DNA from: Candidatus Latescibacterota bacterium
Lineage (GTDB): Bacteria; Latescibacterota; UBA2968; UBA8231
Direction: 5' to 3'
DNA: 64,000 nucleotides
NCBI GenBank assembly: GCA_965197905.1
Contig: CBDAOB010000004.1
Span: 576,001-640,000, forward strand
Shown here: piece after piece, positions 29,279 to 39,636 of the stretch
Numbering within the stretch: position 1 is the stretch's first letter
How the letters are laid out: each line of letters begins with the position of its first letter
The notes under the pieces: generated by a model
The model's input: the letters and a program-made list of their open reading frames with translations, nothing else
The model's database searches: none
What the model was told of the DNA's origin: nothing
Translations under genes and position numbers: made by a program

Positions 29279-30828
29279 CCTTGATTCGGCATTAACTCGG
29301 TGAAATTTTGGCTGTTCAGTGCGCGCCATTCGGCGGTGAATTTGAGAATCTCCCATAGCAAAAAGGCCTTTCGTTCCGGTTATTTGGAAGTGGCGATACT
29401 CCCTTTTCACCAAAAACGAAAGGCCACGTACTGTGAGACGAAAGAAAGCGGATTTGAGGACGCGCGTCAACCACAATTTGGCCGTCGAATTCACCGCCGA
29501 AGGCCTCACTTCGTATGCCGGTTTGGAGCTGTTGATCCGGTATTGGCGCGGCATCGGATGGAACCGTCAATTGCGTCGGCACCTGTCTGCCGTCGTTCCG
29601 GGCAGTGATTTCGGCATGGTAGGTCTGTGTCGGGTGCTCCTCGGTCTGCTGCTGGTGGGTGGCCGTCGACTGCGACATCTGGGCTTCTTGCAAGGAGATC
29701 CTTTGCTGCAGCGGTTTTGCGGTCTGAAAGACCTGCCCACCGACGGCAGTGTCAGCCGCTGGCTCAAACGCTTCACGGTGGCCGCCGAAGAGGCGTTGAA
29801 AACGCTCAACGCCGATGTCGTCGCCGGGGTGATCGGTCTGTTGAAGGCCCGCACACTGAGCATCGACATCGATGGCACGGTGCTGTGCACCGGCCACAAG
29901 GTCGGCGGTGCCTGCCGTGGGTACAACCCGCATCATCGCAAGGTCCCCAGTTACTATCCCATCACCGCTTACCTGGCCGACAGCGGTCATTTTCTCCGGC
30001 TCCACAACCGTCCGGGCAACGTCAACGATGGCGCTTCCTCCATCCCGTTTCTACAGGCGGTGTTCGAGCAAATCGAACAGACCTTGGGGCGCTCATACCG
30101 GCTGCGATTTCGCATGGACGGCGCCTTTTTCAGGGAGGATGTGATTGCGACCTGGATGCTCATCGTGCCCAGTATGCTATCAAGGTGCCGTTCTGGCGCT
30201 GCCTGGACCTGCAAACCCAGATCCGCCAACGTCGTCGTTGGCAGCGCGTCGAAGACGGCGTCGACGGCTTCTTTTCTTCGGTCAAGGTCGGCAAGTGGAA
30301 ACGCACCCTTAACGTGGTCATCTTTCGCAAGCGGGTGATGCATCCCACGCGCAAGAATTACCAGTTGGACCTGTTCGAGCCGGATAACGGCACCTGGGAA
30401 TACTCCGCGCTGGCCACCAATCTACCTTTCGATGCAAAATCGCTCTGGCGCTTCATGGGTGGTCGCGGCCTACACGAAAAAGCCATCGGCGAACTCAAGA
30501 CGGGGCTGGCCTTCGACGCCATTCCCACGGATGACTACCGGGCCAACAGCGTCTGGCAACAATTTGTCGTGCTGGCGCACAATCTCCTAGCCAATTTCCA
30601 GATCGAATCCGGGCTCATAAAGCGCCACCGAACCAGGAAGAATACCGCCCGCTGGGCCCTGAAATCCGTGCGCACGCTACGTTTCGAGCTGTTCAACCGC
30701 GCCGGACACTTGATGCACCCGGAAGGACGAGCCACTTTGCGTCTGCAACGCAACAAGAAGGCCGAAAAACAGTTCCGAAAAATCAGCGCAGCTCTACGAA
30801 AAGTCGCCTGATTTTTGCCGAATCAAGG
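29279..30828 (+). mobile_element. IS1380-family insertion sequence (1550 bp)
   Basis: Perfect 13-bp TIR CCTTGATTCGGCA at 29279-29291 and 30816-30828; 4-bp TSD CTAA at 29275-29278 and 30829-30832. Confidence 0.9.
29433..30811 (+). pseudogene. IS1380 transposase with a frameshift near 30150
   Basis: LTSYAGL, IDIDGT, RPGNV and RMDGAFF in one frame; YAIKVP and RGLHEKAIGELK in another; one base missing at ATT GCG AC CTG GAT. Confidence 0.85.
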
Positions 30829-30972
30829 CTAACCCTTGATTCCTCTCTAGGCTAAGTCGCCGAGAGTGCCGTGCCGGGTCCCCCATATTCAGGTTTTGCG
30901 TTCTGGAAAGCGAATGGTGAGTATATTTGTAGCAACGCCGAACCGCGCCCACCCCATAAAAAAGAGGAACCT

Positions 30973-32019
30973 TTGTTCAAAAAGAAAAAGACCCTCACAG
31001 GTCTGGCCAAAACCTGCGGCTGAGCAGCGAAAGTCAGTCCGGTCGGACTGGAGAGGCTGCTTTCAGCAATACCGCAAGCGAGCGATCCAAACATTCTGGT
31101 GGGGTTCCAGACTTCGGATGATGCCGGCGTCTATCGTCTCGACGATGATACGGCACTTGTGCTGACCGCCGACATCATTACGCCACCGGTGGACGACCCC
31201 CACATGTTCGGGCAGATCGGAGCGGCAAACTCTCTGAGCGATGTCTACGCCATGGGGGGACGTCCGTTGACCTGTTTGAGTCTTGTAGGATTTCCATCCG
31301 AGGTGTTGGATCCGGAGATCCTGGCGGGGATAACCGCCGGTGCCGTGGACAAAATCACGGAGTCCGGCGCGGTCCTGGTAGGAGGACATACGACAGAGGA
31401 CGCCGAGCCGAAGTTTGGACTGTCGGTTACCGGGCGGGTTCACCCCGATCGGGTTTGGCGAAATTCGGGTGCACGAGACGGCGACCTTCTGATCCTGACC
31501 AAACCGATCGGCAGCGGAGTCCTCTTCAATGCGAATCTCAAAGGCTGGGTCTCGAAGCAAGCTATGGAGGGGTGTCTGGGGATCGCCACTACGCTCAACA
31601 AAGCTGCGGCAGAATCGATGGCGGATCTCGATGTGCACGCCGCGACAGACGTCAGCGGTTTCGGTTTGGCGGGTCACGCGTTGGAAATGGCTCGCGCTTC
31701 CGGGGTGCTGTTGGAAATCACTGCCTCAGAGGTGCCGATCATGGATGAAGCCTTACACATGTATCAGAAAGGCGTATCCACTGGGGTAAATTCCGCGAAT
31801 CGGGAGCTCATCCAGGATGTTACTCGTTTCGAGCACCGTCTCCCGGCCAGGCATGAGGAGGTCTTCGTCGATCCCCAGACGAGTGGCGGTTTGCTATTCG
31901 CCATAGCGCCGGGCGATGGATCCGCCGTCTTGCAAAGACTTCGTGATGTGGGGGTTGAGGCGGCTACCGTGGGCCGCGTTTCACCCTACTCAGAACCGCA
32001 TCACCTGGCGTTTGTGTGA
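30973..32019 (+). CDS. selD: Selenophosphate synthetase, selenocysteine-containing (UGA at 31021-31023)
   Basis: TTG start with AGAGGA RBS reads MFKKKKTLTGLAKTCG-U-AAKVSP in frame with DDAGVY, ANSLSDVYAMGG, TDVSGFGLAGH and DPQTSGGLL. Confidence 0.93.
31035..31050 (+). promoter_or_regulatory. Bacterial SECIS hairpin
   Basis: CAGTCC-GGTC-GGACTG beginning 11 nt after the UGA. Confidence 0.8.
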
Positions 32020-32038
32020 GAATTGCGCCCTGATATGT

Positions 32039-33028
32039 TTAGGCGTTGGCAATTGCCAGCAGGTTCAGACTGAATCGATGGCGTTCGTCGAACGATTGTT
32101 CTTGGAGACGCAAACCAGCGCTAAGGGCAAGCTGCTCAATCTCCGCGAGGGAATATTTGTAGGAGTTTTCGGTGTGAATCCTTTCATCCTGGTCGAACCT
32201 CACAGTACAGTCTAAGTCAGCTATGTGCACGACCTGAATCGTCTCACTCACGAGATACATCTCCACCCGTCCTTCCTCCTCGTTGTAGATCGCTTCGTGG
32301 CGAAATCTTTTCGAATCGAACGTCCCACCTAGATCGCGGTTGATTCTATTCAGTATATTCACGTTGAACCGTGCGGTGACACCCTTGACATCGTCGTAGG
32401 CCGCCTCCAGAACCTTCTTGTCTTTGCGCAGATCGATGCCGACCAAAAGGCGATCATCGGCTGACATGTACTGTTTTATGGACTCTATGAAGAGCGCCGC
32501 CTCGCTACGTCCAAAGTTGCCAACGTTCGACCCCAGCCAAAGAATCAACTTCGGCCCGGAAACCAGTTGGTGGGCGCGCGCAAGACCCTCCCGGTACTCA
32601 GCAGCGACGGGATTCACCTCGAGGTTTGGATAGTACTCCCGTAAATCTCTTGAGCTCTGTTCGAGAATCGTCGGGGAGATGTCGATCGGAACAAACTGGA
32701 GATACTCTTGCTGTTCGATCAATGCCTCGATCAATATCCGCGTCTTTCGCGCACTGCCGCTGCCCAGCTCGAGCAGCGTAACGTCGCCTTGGAATCGAGC
32801 AGCAATCTCGCCCGCATTGACCTCGAGGATCTCCTGCTCAGCGCGGGTAAGATAGTACTCAGGCAGGGCGCAGATCTCCTCGAATATCTTCGAGCCATAC
32901 ACATCGTAAAAGAACCGACAAGACAACCGTTTGGGGGTCGCAGAAAGGCCTGTCCTAACATCCTCGGCGAACCCGTCAAGAGCTGGAGCGCTCGACGTTA
33001 GGTCAATCAGTTCGTTGCGGTGAGGCAT
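32039..33028 (-). CDS. egtD: L-histidine N(alpha)-methyltransferase
   Basis: FFYDVYGSKIFEEICALPEYYLTRAE, ELGSGS, AYDDVKGVTARFN and IHTENSYKY motifs. Confidence 0.92.
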   Translation of the reverse strand: MPHRNELIDLTSSAPALDGFAEDVRTGLSATPKRLSCRFFYDVYGSKIFEEICALPEYYLTRAEQEILEVNAGEIAARFQGDVTLLELGSGSARKTRILIEALIEQQEYLQFVPIDISPTILEQSSRDLREYYPNLEVNPVAAEYREGLARAHQLVSGPKLILWLGSNVGNFGRSEAALFIESIKQYMSADDRLLVGIDLRKDKKVLEAAYDDVKGVTARFNVNILNRINRDLGGTFDSKRFRHEAIYNEEEGRVEMYLVSETIQVVHIADLDCTVRFDQDERIHTENSYKYSLAEIEQLALSAGLRLQEQSFDERHRFSLNLLAIANA

Positions 33029-33044
33029 CCAGACCGGAGTTCGA

Positions 33045-33395
33045 TCAGTCCAGGTTTTTGAAAGGCGCCGTGTGAACAAAATCTTCAACAATGTTGCCAC
33101 CGATCAGGTGTTCCTGAATGACCCGCTCCACTCGCTCCTCCGTCATGGAATGGTACCACACGCCCTCGGGGTATACCACCATCGTGGGACCGCTTTCGCA
33201 TACGCGAAGACAATCGGCCTTCGTCCGATGAATGCCTCCCTTCCTGGGATCACCGTAGCCGAGCTCCTTGAGTCGTTTCTTTAGATAGTCCCAGCACCTT
33301 GCCCCTGTGTCATCCTTGTGACATTTCGGTTTCGTCGGCGTAGCACAGAGGAAAACGTGCCTTTTTATTCCATCGTCGGTCGATCCGTTGGACAT
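33045..33395 (-). CDS. Thioredoxin-like [2Fe-2S] ferredoxin
   Basis: HVFLC..C and CLRVCESGPTMVVYPEGVWY motifs. Confidence 0.88.
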   Translation of the reverse strand: MSNGSTDDGIKRHVFLCATPTKPKCHKDDTGARCWDYLKKRLKELGYGDPRKGGIHRTKADCLRVCESGPTMVVYPEGVWYHSMTEERVERVIQEHLIGGNIVEDFVHTAPFKNLD

Positions 33396-33400
33396 GAGCC

Positions 33401-34741
33401 CTATTCTCGGCTTGGGGAGGAATGCGCCTCCAGATCGCGGTGGGTGTAACTTTTGCTCGACCCCTCCCCTTCGAAATCTGCCACCACATGGCCATCCCCT
33501 CGCACGATGTATTTGTAGATGGTCAAACCTTCGAGTCCGACGGGTCCGCGGCTGTGTATGCGGTTCGTGCTGATTCCCACCTCCGCCCCAAGACCGTAGC
33601 GAAACCCGTCCGCGAATCGGGTCGAAGCGTTCTGGATCACGGAGGCCGAATCGACCTTAGCAAAGAAGGTTCGTGCCGTTTCATCGTTCTCGGTGACGAT
33701 GGCATCGGTATGGTGACTTCCGTAGGTGTTGATATGGTTCACGGCTTCGTCCAAGTCATCTACCACTTTTATCGAAATGATGTAATCCAAGTATTCGCTG
33801 CACCAATCCTCCTCGGCGACGGGCCGAACGGCGCCGTTCGCTTGTGCCATTTGGATGGTGAGTTGATCCCCCCGAAGTTCGACGCCCGCCGCCTTCAAGG
33901 CCGGCACGGCTGTGGCGAGGAATTGTGGCGCAATGGACCTGTGAACGAGCAAGGTTTCGGCAGCATTACAAACCGCAACGTACTGGGTTTTGGAATCGAT
34001 GACGATCGGTAGCGCTTTCTCGAGATCCGCGTCGCGATCCACGAAAACATGGCACACCCCGTCAGCATGTCCCATGACCGGAATGCGCGTATTCTCCATG
34101 ATGTACTGCACGAACTCGTTTGAACCGCGGGGAATTATCAGGTCGACTTCACCAACTTGCCGCAGCAGCGATCTCACATCGTCACGAGTTTCGAGCAGAC
34201 CCAACCAGCCATTGGGAATACCTTCACCAGAGGTTGACTCCCGCACCAACTGTGCCAACGCCGCATTCGACAAGGCCGCTTCTCGCCCGCCCTTCAGGAG
34301 CACCGCATTCCCAGACTTCAGACAAAGCGATGCGATCTGTACCAGGGCATCTGGCCGCGATTCGAATATGACGCCGAGCACCCCGATGGGCACACTGATT
34401 CGGTAGAGATCCAGTCCGCTGGCAAGCTCGGTCGCCCGTTGCGTCTCTCCGAGTGGATCGCGCTGTTTCCGGACGCTGTCTACAACATCCAGCAGGATCT
34501 CGAATTTGGATCCCTGCAAACTCAGGCGTTTCAGCAACGGCTCGCCAAGTTCACCTGCTGCCACCATTTTTTCGGCCGCCTCGAGATCCTTGGCGTTGGC
34601 CGACAAAATGTTGTCACGCTCGCCGTCGATAGCCGCCGCAAGGCGATCCAAAGCCTCGTTGCGCTGAGCCTCGGTGGCAGTAGCAAGGATTCGCGCGGCA
34701 CGCCTGGCGCCCGAAGCCAGTTCTCCTACTGATGAGGTCAC
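33401..34741 (-). CDS. proA: Glutamate-5-semialdehyde dehydrogenase
   Basis: VIFESRP, VCNAAETLL and NASTRFADGFRYGLGAEVGIST motifs. Confidence 0.95.
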   Translation of the reverse strand: MTSSVGELASGARRAARILATATEAQRNEALDRLAAAIDGERDNILSANAKDLEAAEKMVAAGELGEPLLKRLSLQGSKFEILLDVVDSVRKQRDPLGETQRATELASGLDLYRISVPIGVLGVIFESRPDALVQIASLCLKSGNAVLLKGGREAALSNAALAQLVRESTSGEGIPNGWLGLLETRDDVRSLLRQVGEVDLIIPRGSNEFVQYIMENTRIPVMGHADGVCHVFVDRDADLEKALPIVIDSKTQYVAVCNAAETLLVHRSIAPQFLATAVPALKAAGVELRGDQLTIQMAQANGAVRPVAEEDWCSEYLDYIISIKVVDDLDEAVNHINTYGSHHTDAIVTENDETARTFFAKVDSASVIQNASTRFADGFRYGLGAEVGISTNRIHSRGPVGLEGLTIYKYIVRGDGHVVADFEGEGSSKSYTHRDLEAHSSPSRE

Positions 34742-34742
34742 G

Positions 34743-36650
34743 TTAAAGATCCTTCACTCTCAACTCAGTGGCGGCAGCCAAGACCTTGGAGAGGGTCTTG
34801 GTAACCTGCTGTGGTTCTGACACCGTTCCTTCTCCGATCAGGACGTAGTCAACCAGCAAATGAGCCCATTCCTTCAACTCTTCCGAATCGCGGTTCACGG
34901 TGAGAATCTCCCCCATATTGCGGAGGATAGCATGGGTAGGATTAATCTCCAGTAAACGCTTGGTCGCCTCGAATTCGCGGTCGGCAGCCTGCATCAGGCG
35001 TTCGATATTGCGGCTCATTCCGCCCTTCGGGGTCACCAGCACGCATGGACTACCTGTCAGGCGCGTTGACTCCTTGACGTCGGACACGCGCTCCGCCAAC
35101 TCCTTCTTCAGGAAGTCGATCAATTCTATGGTCTGTTCTTTGTGCTGCTCGACACCCTCGAGTTTCACTTTCTTGTCGCCCAGATCCAGGTCCTCGTCAT
35201 CTATCGCTTTTAGCCGCTTGTTGTCGAATTCCGGAAGGGCGTTCACGACCCATTCATCCACCGGATCGCCGAGGTATAGTACCTCCAGACTGCGCTCGCG
35301 AAATGTCTCCAGCAGGGGGCTTTGGGCCACGGCCTCGGCGCTTTCACCAGTCAGGTAGAAGATCTCCTCCTGCTCGCTCTGCATACGATCGACGTACTCC
35401 TGAAGCGTCACGGTATCTTCAACCTTGTCGCTCAAAGACGAGGGAAAACGCAGCAGTGCTGCCACCTTGTCTTTATTCTCGAAATCCATGGCGACACCCT
35501 CTTTGAGGACCATTCCGTACGCTTGCCAAAACTTCTCGTACTCCTCCGGTCTGTTCTTCGCCATGTCTTCGAGCATGCCGAGGATTCGGCGCACCAGGGT
35601 AGTGCGGATCTTCGCGACCACGGGATTGTGTTGTAGGGTTTCACGCGACACGTTGAGTGGCAGATCGTCGCAGTCCACCGTACCTCGAATGAAGCGCAGG
35701 TACAGCGGCACCAGCTCCTTGCAGTCGTCTTGAATAAAGACCCGGCGGACGTAGAGATTGAGCGACACCTTCGGCTCGGGACTGAACAGAAAGTTCATCG
35801 GAGCCTGTTTCGGAATGTATAGAATACTGTAGAACTGGATCGGCACGTCTACGACGATATGTTCGTACGCCAACGGCTTGTCCGGATCGCCGGTGAGGTG
35901 GGTAAAGAATTCCTCATACTGCGCATCGGTGATTTCGGATCGAGGACGAGTCCAGATTGCCGCCGTGTCGTTGGCCTGCTTGCCCGCTACCTTGATCGGA
36001 TACGCCACGAAGTCCGAGTGCCGTCTGATGATATCTTCGAGGCGGTGGGCGTCGAGATACTCTTCGCAGTCGCTGCGCACATAGATTTTGATCTCGGTGC
36101 CTCTGTCAGCCTTGTCGGTCGCGGATATCGTGTAGGTCCCTGCCCCAGTCGATTCCCACTGGATTGCTTCGGCGTCTTTGTCCGCGCTGCGCGTATTCAC
36201 GACAACCCGCTCGGCGATCATGAAAACGGAATAAAACCCAACGCCGAATTGACCGATCAGCTGCATTTTCTGGTTCTCATCTTCTTCCTTGAGTTGGGAG
36301 ATCTGTTTGAGAAACTCGGCTGAACCGGAGTGGGCAATCGTACCGATATTTTCGTTGACCTCGTCTCGAGTCATGCCGATACCAGAGTCTCTGATCGTCA
36401 ACGTCTTGGCATTCTTGTTGACCTCGATCTCAATTTCCAAGGGGGCATTGGGATCGGCGATATTGTGATCGGTGAGCGAGCGAAAATGCACCTTGTCCAA
36501 GGCATCAGACGCGTTGGAAATAAGCTCTCGGACAAACACCTCCGAATGGGTGTACAGAGAGTGAATGAGAATCTGCAGTAACTGTTGAACTTCGGTCTGA
36601 AAAGCCCGCTCCTCGGCCCCCTCTTCCCGTTCCGCTGAATCACCTGACAT
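34743..36650 (-). CDS. htpG: Hsp90 chaperone
   Basis: RELISNASDA, IGQFGVGFYS and DLPLNVSRE motifs. Confidence 0.96.
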   Translation of the reverse strand: MSGDSAEREEGAEERAFQTEVQQLLQILIHSLYTHSEVFVRELISNASDALDKVHFRSLTDHNIADPNAPLEIEIEVNKNAKTLTIRDSGIGMTRDEVNENIGTIAHSGSAEFLKQISQLKEEDENQKMQLIGQFGVGFYSVFMIAERVVVNTRSADKDAEAIQWESTGAGTYTISATDKADRGTEIKIYVRSDCEEYLDAHRLEDIIRRHSDFVAYPIKVAGKQANDTAAIWTRPRSEITDAQYEEFFTHLTGDPDKPLAYEHIVVDVPIQFYSILYIPKQAPMNFLFSPEPKVSLNLYVRRVFIQDDCKELVPLYLRFIRGTVDCDDLPLNVSRETLQHNPVVAKIRTTLVRRILGMLEDMAKNRPEEYEKFWQAYGMVLKEGVAMDFENKDKVAALLRFPSSLSDKVEDTVTLQEYVDRMQSEQEEIFYLTGESAEAVAQSPLLETFRERSLEVLYLGDPVDEWVVNALPEFDNKRLKAIDDEDLDLGDKKVKLEGVEQHKEQTIELIDFLKKELAERVSDVKESTRLTGSPCVLVTPKGGMSRNIERLMQAADREFEATKRLLEINPTHAILRNMGEILTVNRDSEELKEWAHLLVDYVLIGEGTVSEPQQVTKTLSKVLAAATELRVKDL

Positions 36651-36788
36651 CGGTGTTTTGCTCCCTCGATCTGAAGATTTACTTTTTCATAACTTAGTGT
36701 CGCTTAGTGAGTTAACAATGTACTAAAGCGTTTGACGTTGGCAAGTGCGCCTTGTCCGGCGAACTCCGAACCGTATCTTGTGAAAGCC

Positions 36789-38051
36789 ATGATTCAAGCT
36801 CCCGACGATGTTTACGACCTGATTATCGTAGGCGGTGGTCCGGCCGGCGCCATCGCCGCTATCTACGCCGAAAAGCGAGGGTTGACGACCCTGCTATTGG
36901 AGAAAGAACGCTTTCCCCGAGACAAGATATGCGGTGACGCGCTCTCTGGGAAAGCGATCGCCATACTGCACGAGCTCGACCTGCTTGAGGAGGTCAAGCA
37001 CCTTCCCGGAGCCACGATACGGCATGTCGTTTTTGGCAGCGCGGAGCATCAGGATGCGGACATCGATTTGAAGCGCCACGGCTACCGCGACAACCTGACC
37101 GGCGCCACGTTTCCCGGCCTCGGTTTTGTAATCCGTAGACAGATCTTCGACAATTTCCTTTTCCAAAAGGCGCGCAACAAGGTCGGAAAGTGCGTCGAGG
37201 AATTCGCGGTAGATGAGCTGGTCTACGACGACAGTTGCGATCAGCAGGTGGTGCGAGGTCGAAGCCGCGATTCGGATCTACAAACCGAGTTCCGAGGGCG
37301 TATCGTTCTCGGTTGCGATGGTTTCAACTCGGTTGTCGCCCGGCAATGCGGATTGTACCGACATGAGAGCCGCCATTGGGTTGTGGCACTGCGCTGCTAC
37401 TATGAGAAGGTCGAAGACCTGACTGACCAGATCGAGCTGCATTTTGTCGACGCCGTTCGCCCCGGATATTTCTGGATATTCCCGCTCGAGGAGGGATGTG
37501 CCAACGTCGGTATCGGTTGTGTGCACAAGACGTTGAAGCGCAAGGGTATCAAATTGAAGGAGGCCCTCGCCTCGACCATCGAAAGTCCGGAATTTCGCTC
37601 GCGATTCGCTAATGCCCGCCGTTTGGAGGAGCCGATTGGGTGGAATCTTCCAGTGGGCAGCAAACGGAGAAAGATTCACGACCGCAGCGTGATGCTGTTG
37701 GGCGATGCGGCCTCCCTCATCGATCCGTTTACCGGAGAGGGCATCGGCAACGCCCTTTATTCCGCCCGTTTCGCGGTTGAAACGGCGGTAGCCGCGCTTG
37801 GAGCCGGTGACTGCAGCGCGCAGTTTCTAAAGCGGTACGAGGATGGGCTCTGGAGCGAATTGGGAGACGAGTTGCTGGTAAGCACTCGCATGCAACAGCT
37901 GGGTCGTATCCGGCCGCTGCTCAATTTCGTGATTCGCAAAGCTGCAAAAAATCCGGCGGTGGGCGACCTCATCGGCGGCATGATTGCCAATTCGGTACCC
38001 AAGAAGGCTCTAACCGGTCCGCGGTTCTACCTCAACCTCTTGCTGAGATGA
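36789..38051 (+). CDS. Geranylgeranyl reductase-family FAD oxidoreductase
   Basis: VGGGPAG, FPRDKICGD, GYFWIFP and GDAASLIDPFTGEGI motifs. Confidence 0.88.
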   Translation: MIQAPDDVYDLIIVGGGPAGAIAAIYAEKRGLTTLLLEKERFPRDKICGDALSGKAIAILHELDLLEEVKHLPGATIRHVVFGSAEHQDADIDLKRHGYRDNLTGATFPGLGFVIRRQIFDNFLFQKARNKVGKCVEEFAVDELVYDDSCDQQVVRGRSRDSDLQTEFRGRIVLGCDGFNSVVARQCGLYRHESRHWVVALRCYYEKVEDLTDQIELHFVDAVRPGYFWIFPLEEGCANVGIGCVHKTLKRKGIKLKEALASTIESPEFRSRFANARRLEEPIGWNLPVGSKRRKIHDRSVMLLGDAASLIDPFTGEGIGNALYSARFAVETAVAALGAGDCSAQFLKRYEDGLWSELGDELLVSTRMQQLGRIRPLLNFVIRKAAKNPAVGDLIGGMIANSVPKKALTGPRFYLNLLLR

Positions 38052-38852
38052 CTATATCGACGTGGCCAGAAAACCACCGTCGACCTTGATGTCGGAACCG
38101 GTAACGAATCCGCTCGCCTCCCTGCAGGCTAGAAAAACCGCGGCACCCACCAGTTCACCAGGATCCCCGAATCTCGCCATCGGCGTGCGTTTCAGGATTT
38201 CCTCAGCTCTCGGGGTCGGCGTCCCATCCTCGTTGAAGAGCAGGCGACGGTTCTGTTCACCTGGGAAAAACCCGGGGACGATGGCGTTTACCCGGACGCC
38301 CGTATCTCCCCATTCGCGGGCGAGAAATTTAGTGACGCTTAAGACCCCTGCCTTCGCTGCCGAATACGCCACGACCCGCGACAGCGGTTCGTAAGAGGAC
38401 ACGGAGGCAATATTGATTATGGATCCGCTGCCTTCCGCGATCATCGTCGGCCCGAATACCTGACAGGGAAGCAGAACGCCGGCAGCGAGATTGAGATCAA
38501 AATTTCTACGCCATGCCTCCAACTGTATTCCTTCGAACGGCAACTCCGGCGTCACCGTCACACCCGGCTCGTTCCCGCCGGTGGCGTTGACCAGGATAGT
38601 GGCCGCTGCGAACCGCTGGTGAACCTCGGCGTGAGCCGCTACTACCGCGGCGAGCTCGAGGGCATCGTAGCTGATGAAACAAGCCTCACCACCAACGCCC
38701 TCGATGGAGTTTACGCGGTCGGCGCCCCGCTCCTCACTGCGGCCCAATACGGCTACCCGGGCTCCCGCTTCTGCCAAACCCTGTGCCATCGCGCCGCCCA
38801 GCGCACCCGTACCGCCAAACACCACCGCAACCTCGCCGCTTAGATCAAACAT
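38052..38852 (-). CDS. SDR oxidoreductase (sugar-acid reductase-like)
   Basis: GGTGALG, YSAAK and VNAIVPGFF motifs. Confidence 0.88.
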   Translation of the reverse strand: MFDLSGEVAVVFGGTGALGGAMAQGLAEAGARVAVLGRSEERGADRVNSIEGVGGEACFISYDALELAAVVAAHAEVHQRFAAATILVNATGGNEPGVTVTPELPFEGIQLEAWRRNFDLNLAAGVLLPCQVFGPTMIAEGSGSIINIASVSSYEPLSRVVAYSAAKAGVLSVTKFLAREWGDTGVRVNAIVPGFFPGEQNRRLLFNEDGTPTPRAEEILKRTPMARFGDPGELVGAAVFLACREASGFVTGSDIKVDGGFLATSI

Positions 38853-38871
38853 GGTCACGATCCGTTCCCAT

Positions 38872-39591
38872 TCAGTACCCGAGCCTATGTGACAGCAGCC
38901 CAATACATCCGCCGAATACGTTGCCCCACACGATCAACCATCCAAGATGCTGGCGCATGACATCCTCCATCATTCGTTTTACGGCCTCGGGCGTCAACTC
39001 CTTGAGCTTCGCCTCCAGCAGTTGATTGACTTGCTCGCGCAGCGCCCCCACTTCCACACCCGGTCGGGCGAATTCATTTGCAATCAGAGGAGCTACGTCT
39101 TCGCCCATGCCACTGAGAAAACGTTTGACCAGGGGTTTGACCGTTTCCGTGCCGACCATCTTCAATATCATTCCGGCCGGCGTTTGCTGCATCTCCTGCA
39201 ACTTGCGCTCGATGATCGCGTCCACCTCGTCCGATTCAAGGATCGCCACCAGTCTGGATCCCAGATTCTCGTCGTGGGAGATCGTTTCGAGCCGTTCGGC
39301 GAAGAATCGGGATAGATACTCCTCGTCGAAGAAGTGTACCATTATCAAGTCCTTGACCGTCTCCCGAATCTCGCGGAAACGGCTTGGAATCACACCGGAA
39401 CCGTACAGCAGCGGGATACGATCAAACAACATTTTGACCGCCAGCCAGTTCGTGACCCCCCCAGCAAACCCGAAGAGGCCAGCCGCTACAAGCCATTCCG
39501 CCCATGGGTACTGACGCGAGGCGACCAAACTCCCGATGAGGACGGTGCCCGAAATCCAGTTCGAGACTCTGCCCTTGTCGAAAAAACTCAC
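38872..39591 (-). CDS. DUF445-family membrane protein
   Basis: GGVTNWLAVKMLF and HLGWLIVWGNVFGGCIG motifs. Confidence 0.8.
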   Translation of the reverse strand: MSFFDKGRVSNWISGTVLIGSLVASRQYPWAEWLVAAGLFGFAGGVTNWLAVKMLFDRIPLLYGSGVIPSRFREIRETVKDLIMVHFFDEEYLSRFFAERLETISHDENLGSRLVAILESDEVDAIIERKLQEMQQTPAGMILKMVGTETVKPLVKRFLSGMGEDVAPLIANEFARPGVEVGALREQVNQLLEAKLKELTPEAVKRMMEDVMRQHLGWLIVWGNVFGGCIGLLSHRLGY

Positions 39592-39636
39592 GCGCGTTTC
39601 CGTGTTCCGTATGCTAAGAGTCGAGATAGAGAGGAC

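Noticed and set aside
36651..36780. CIRCE heat-shock element upstream of htpG
   Set aside because: The AT-rich sequence does not match TTAGCACTC-N9-GAGTGCTAA.
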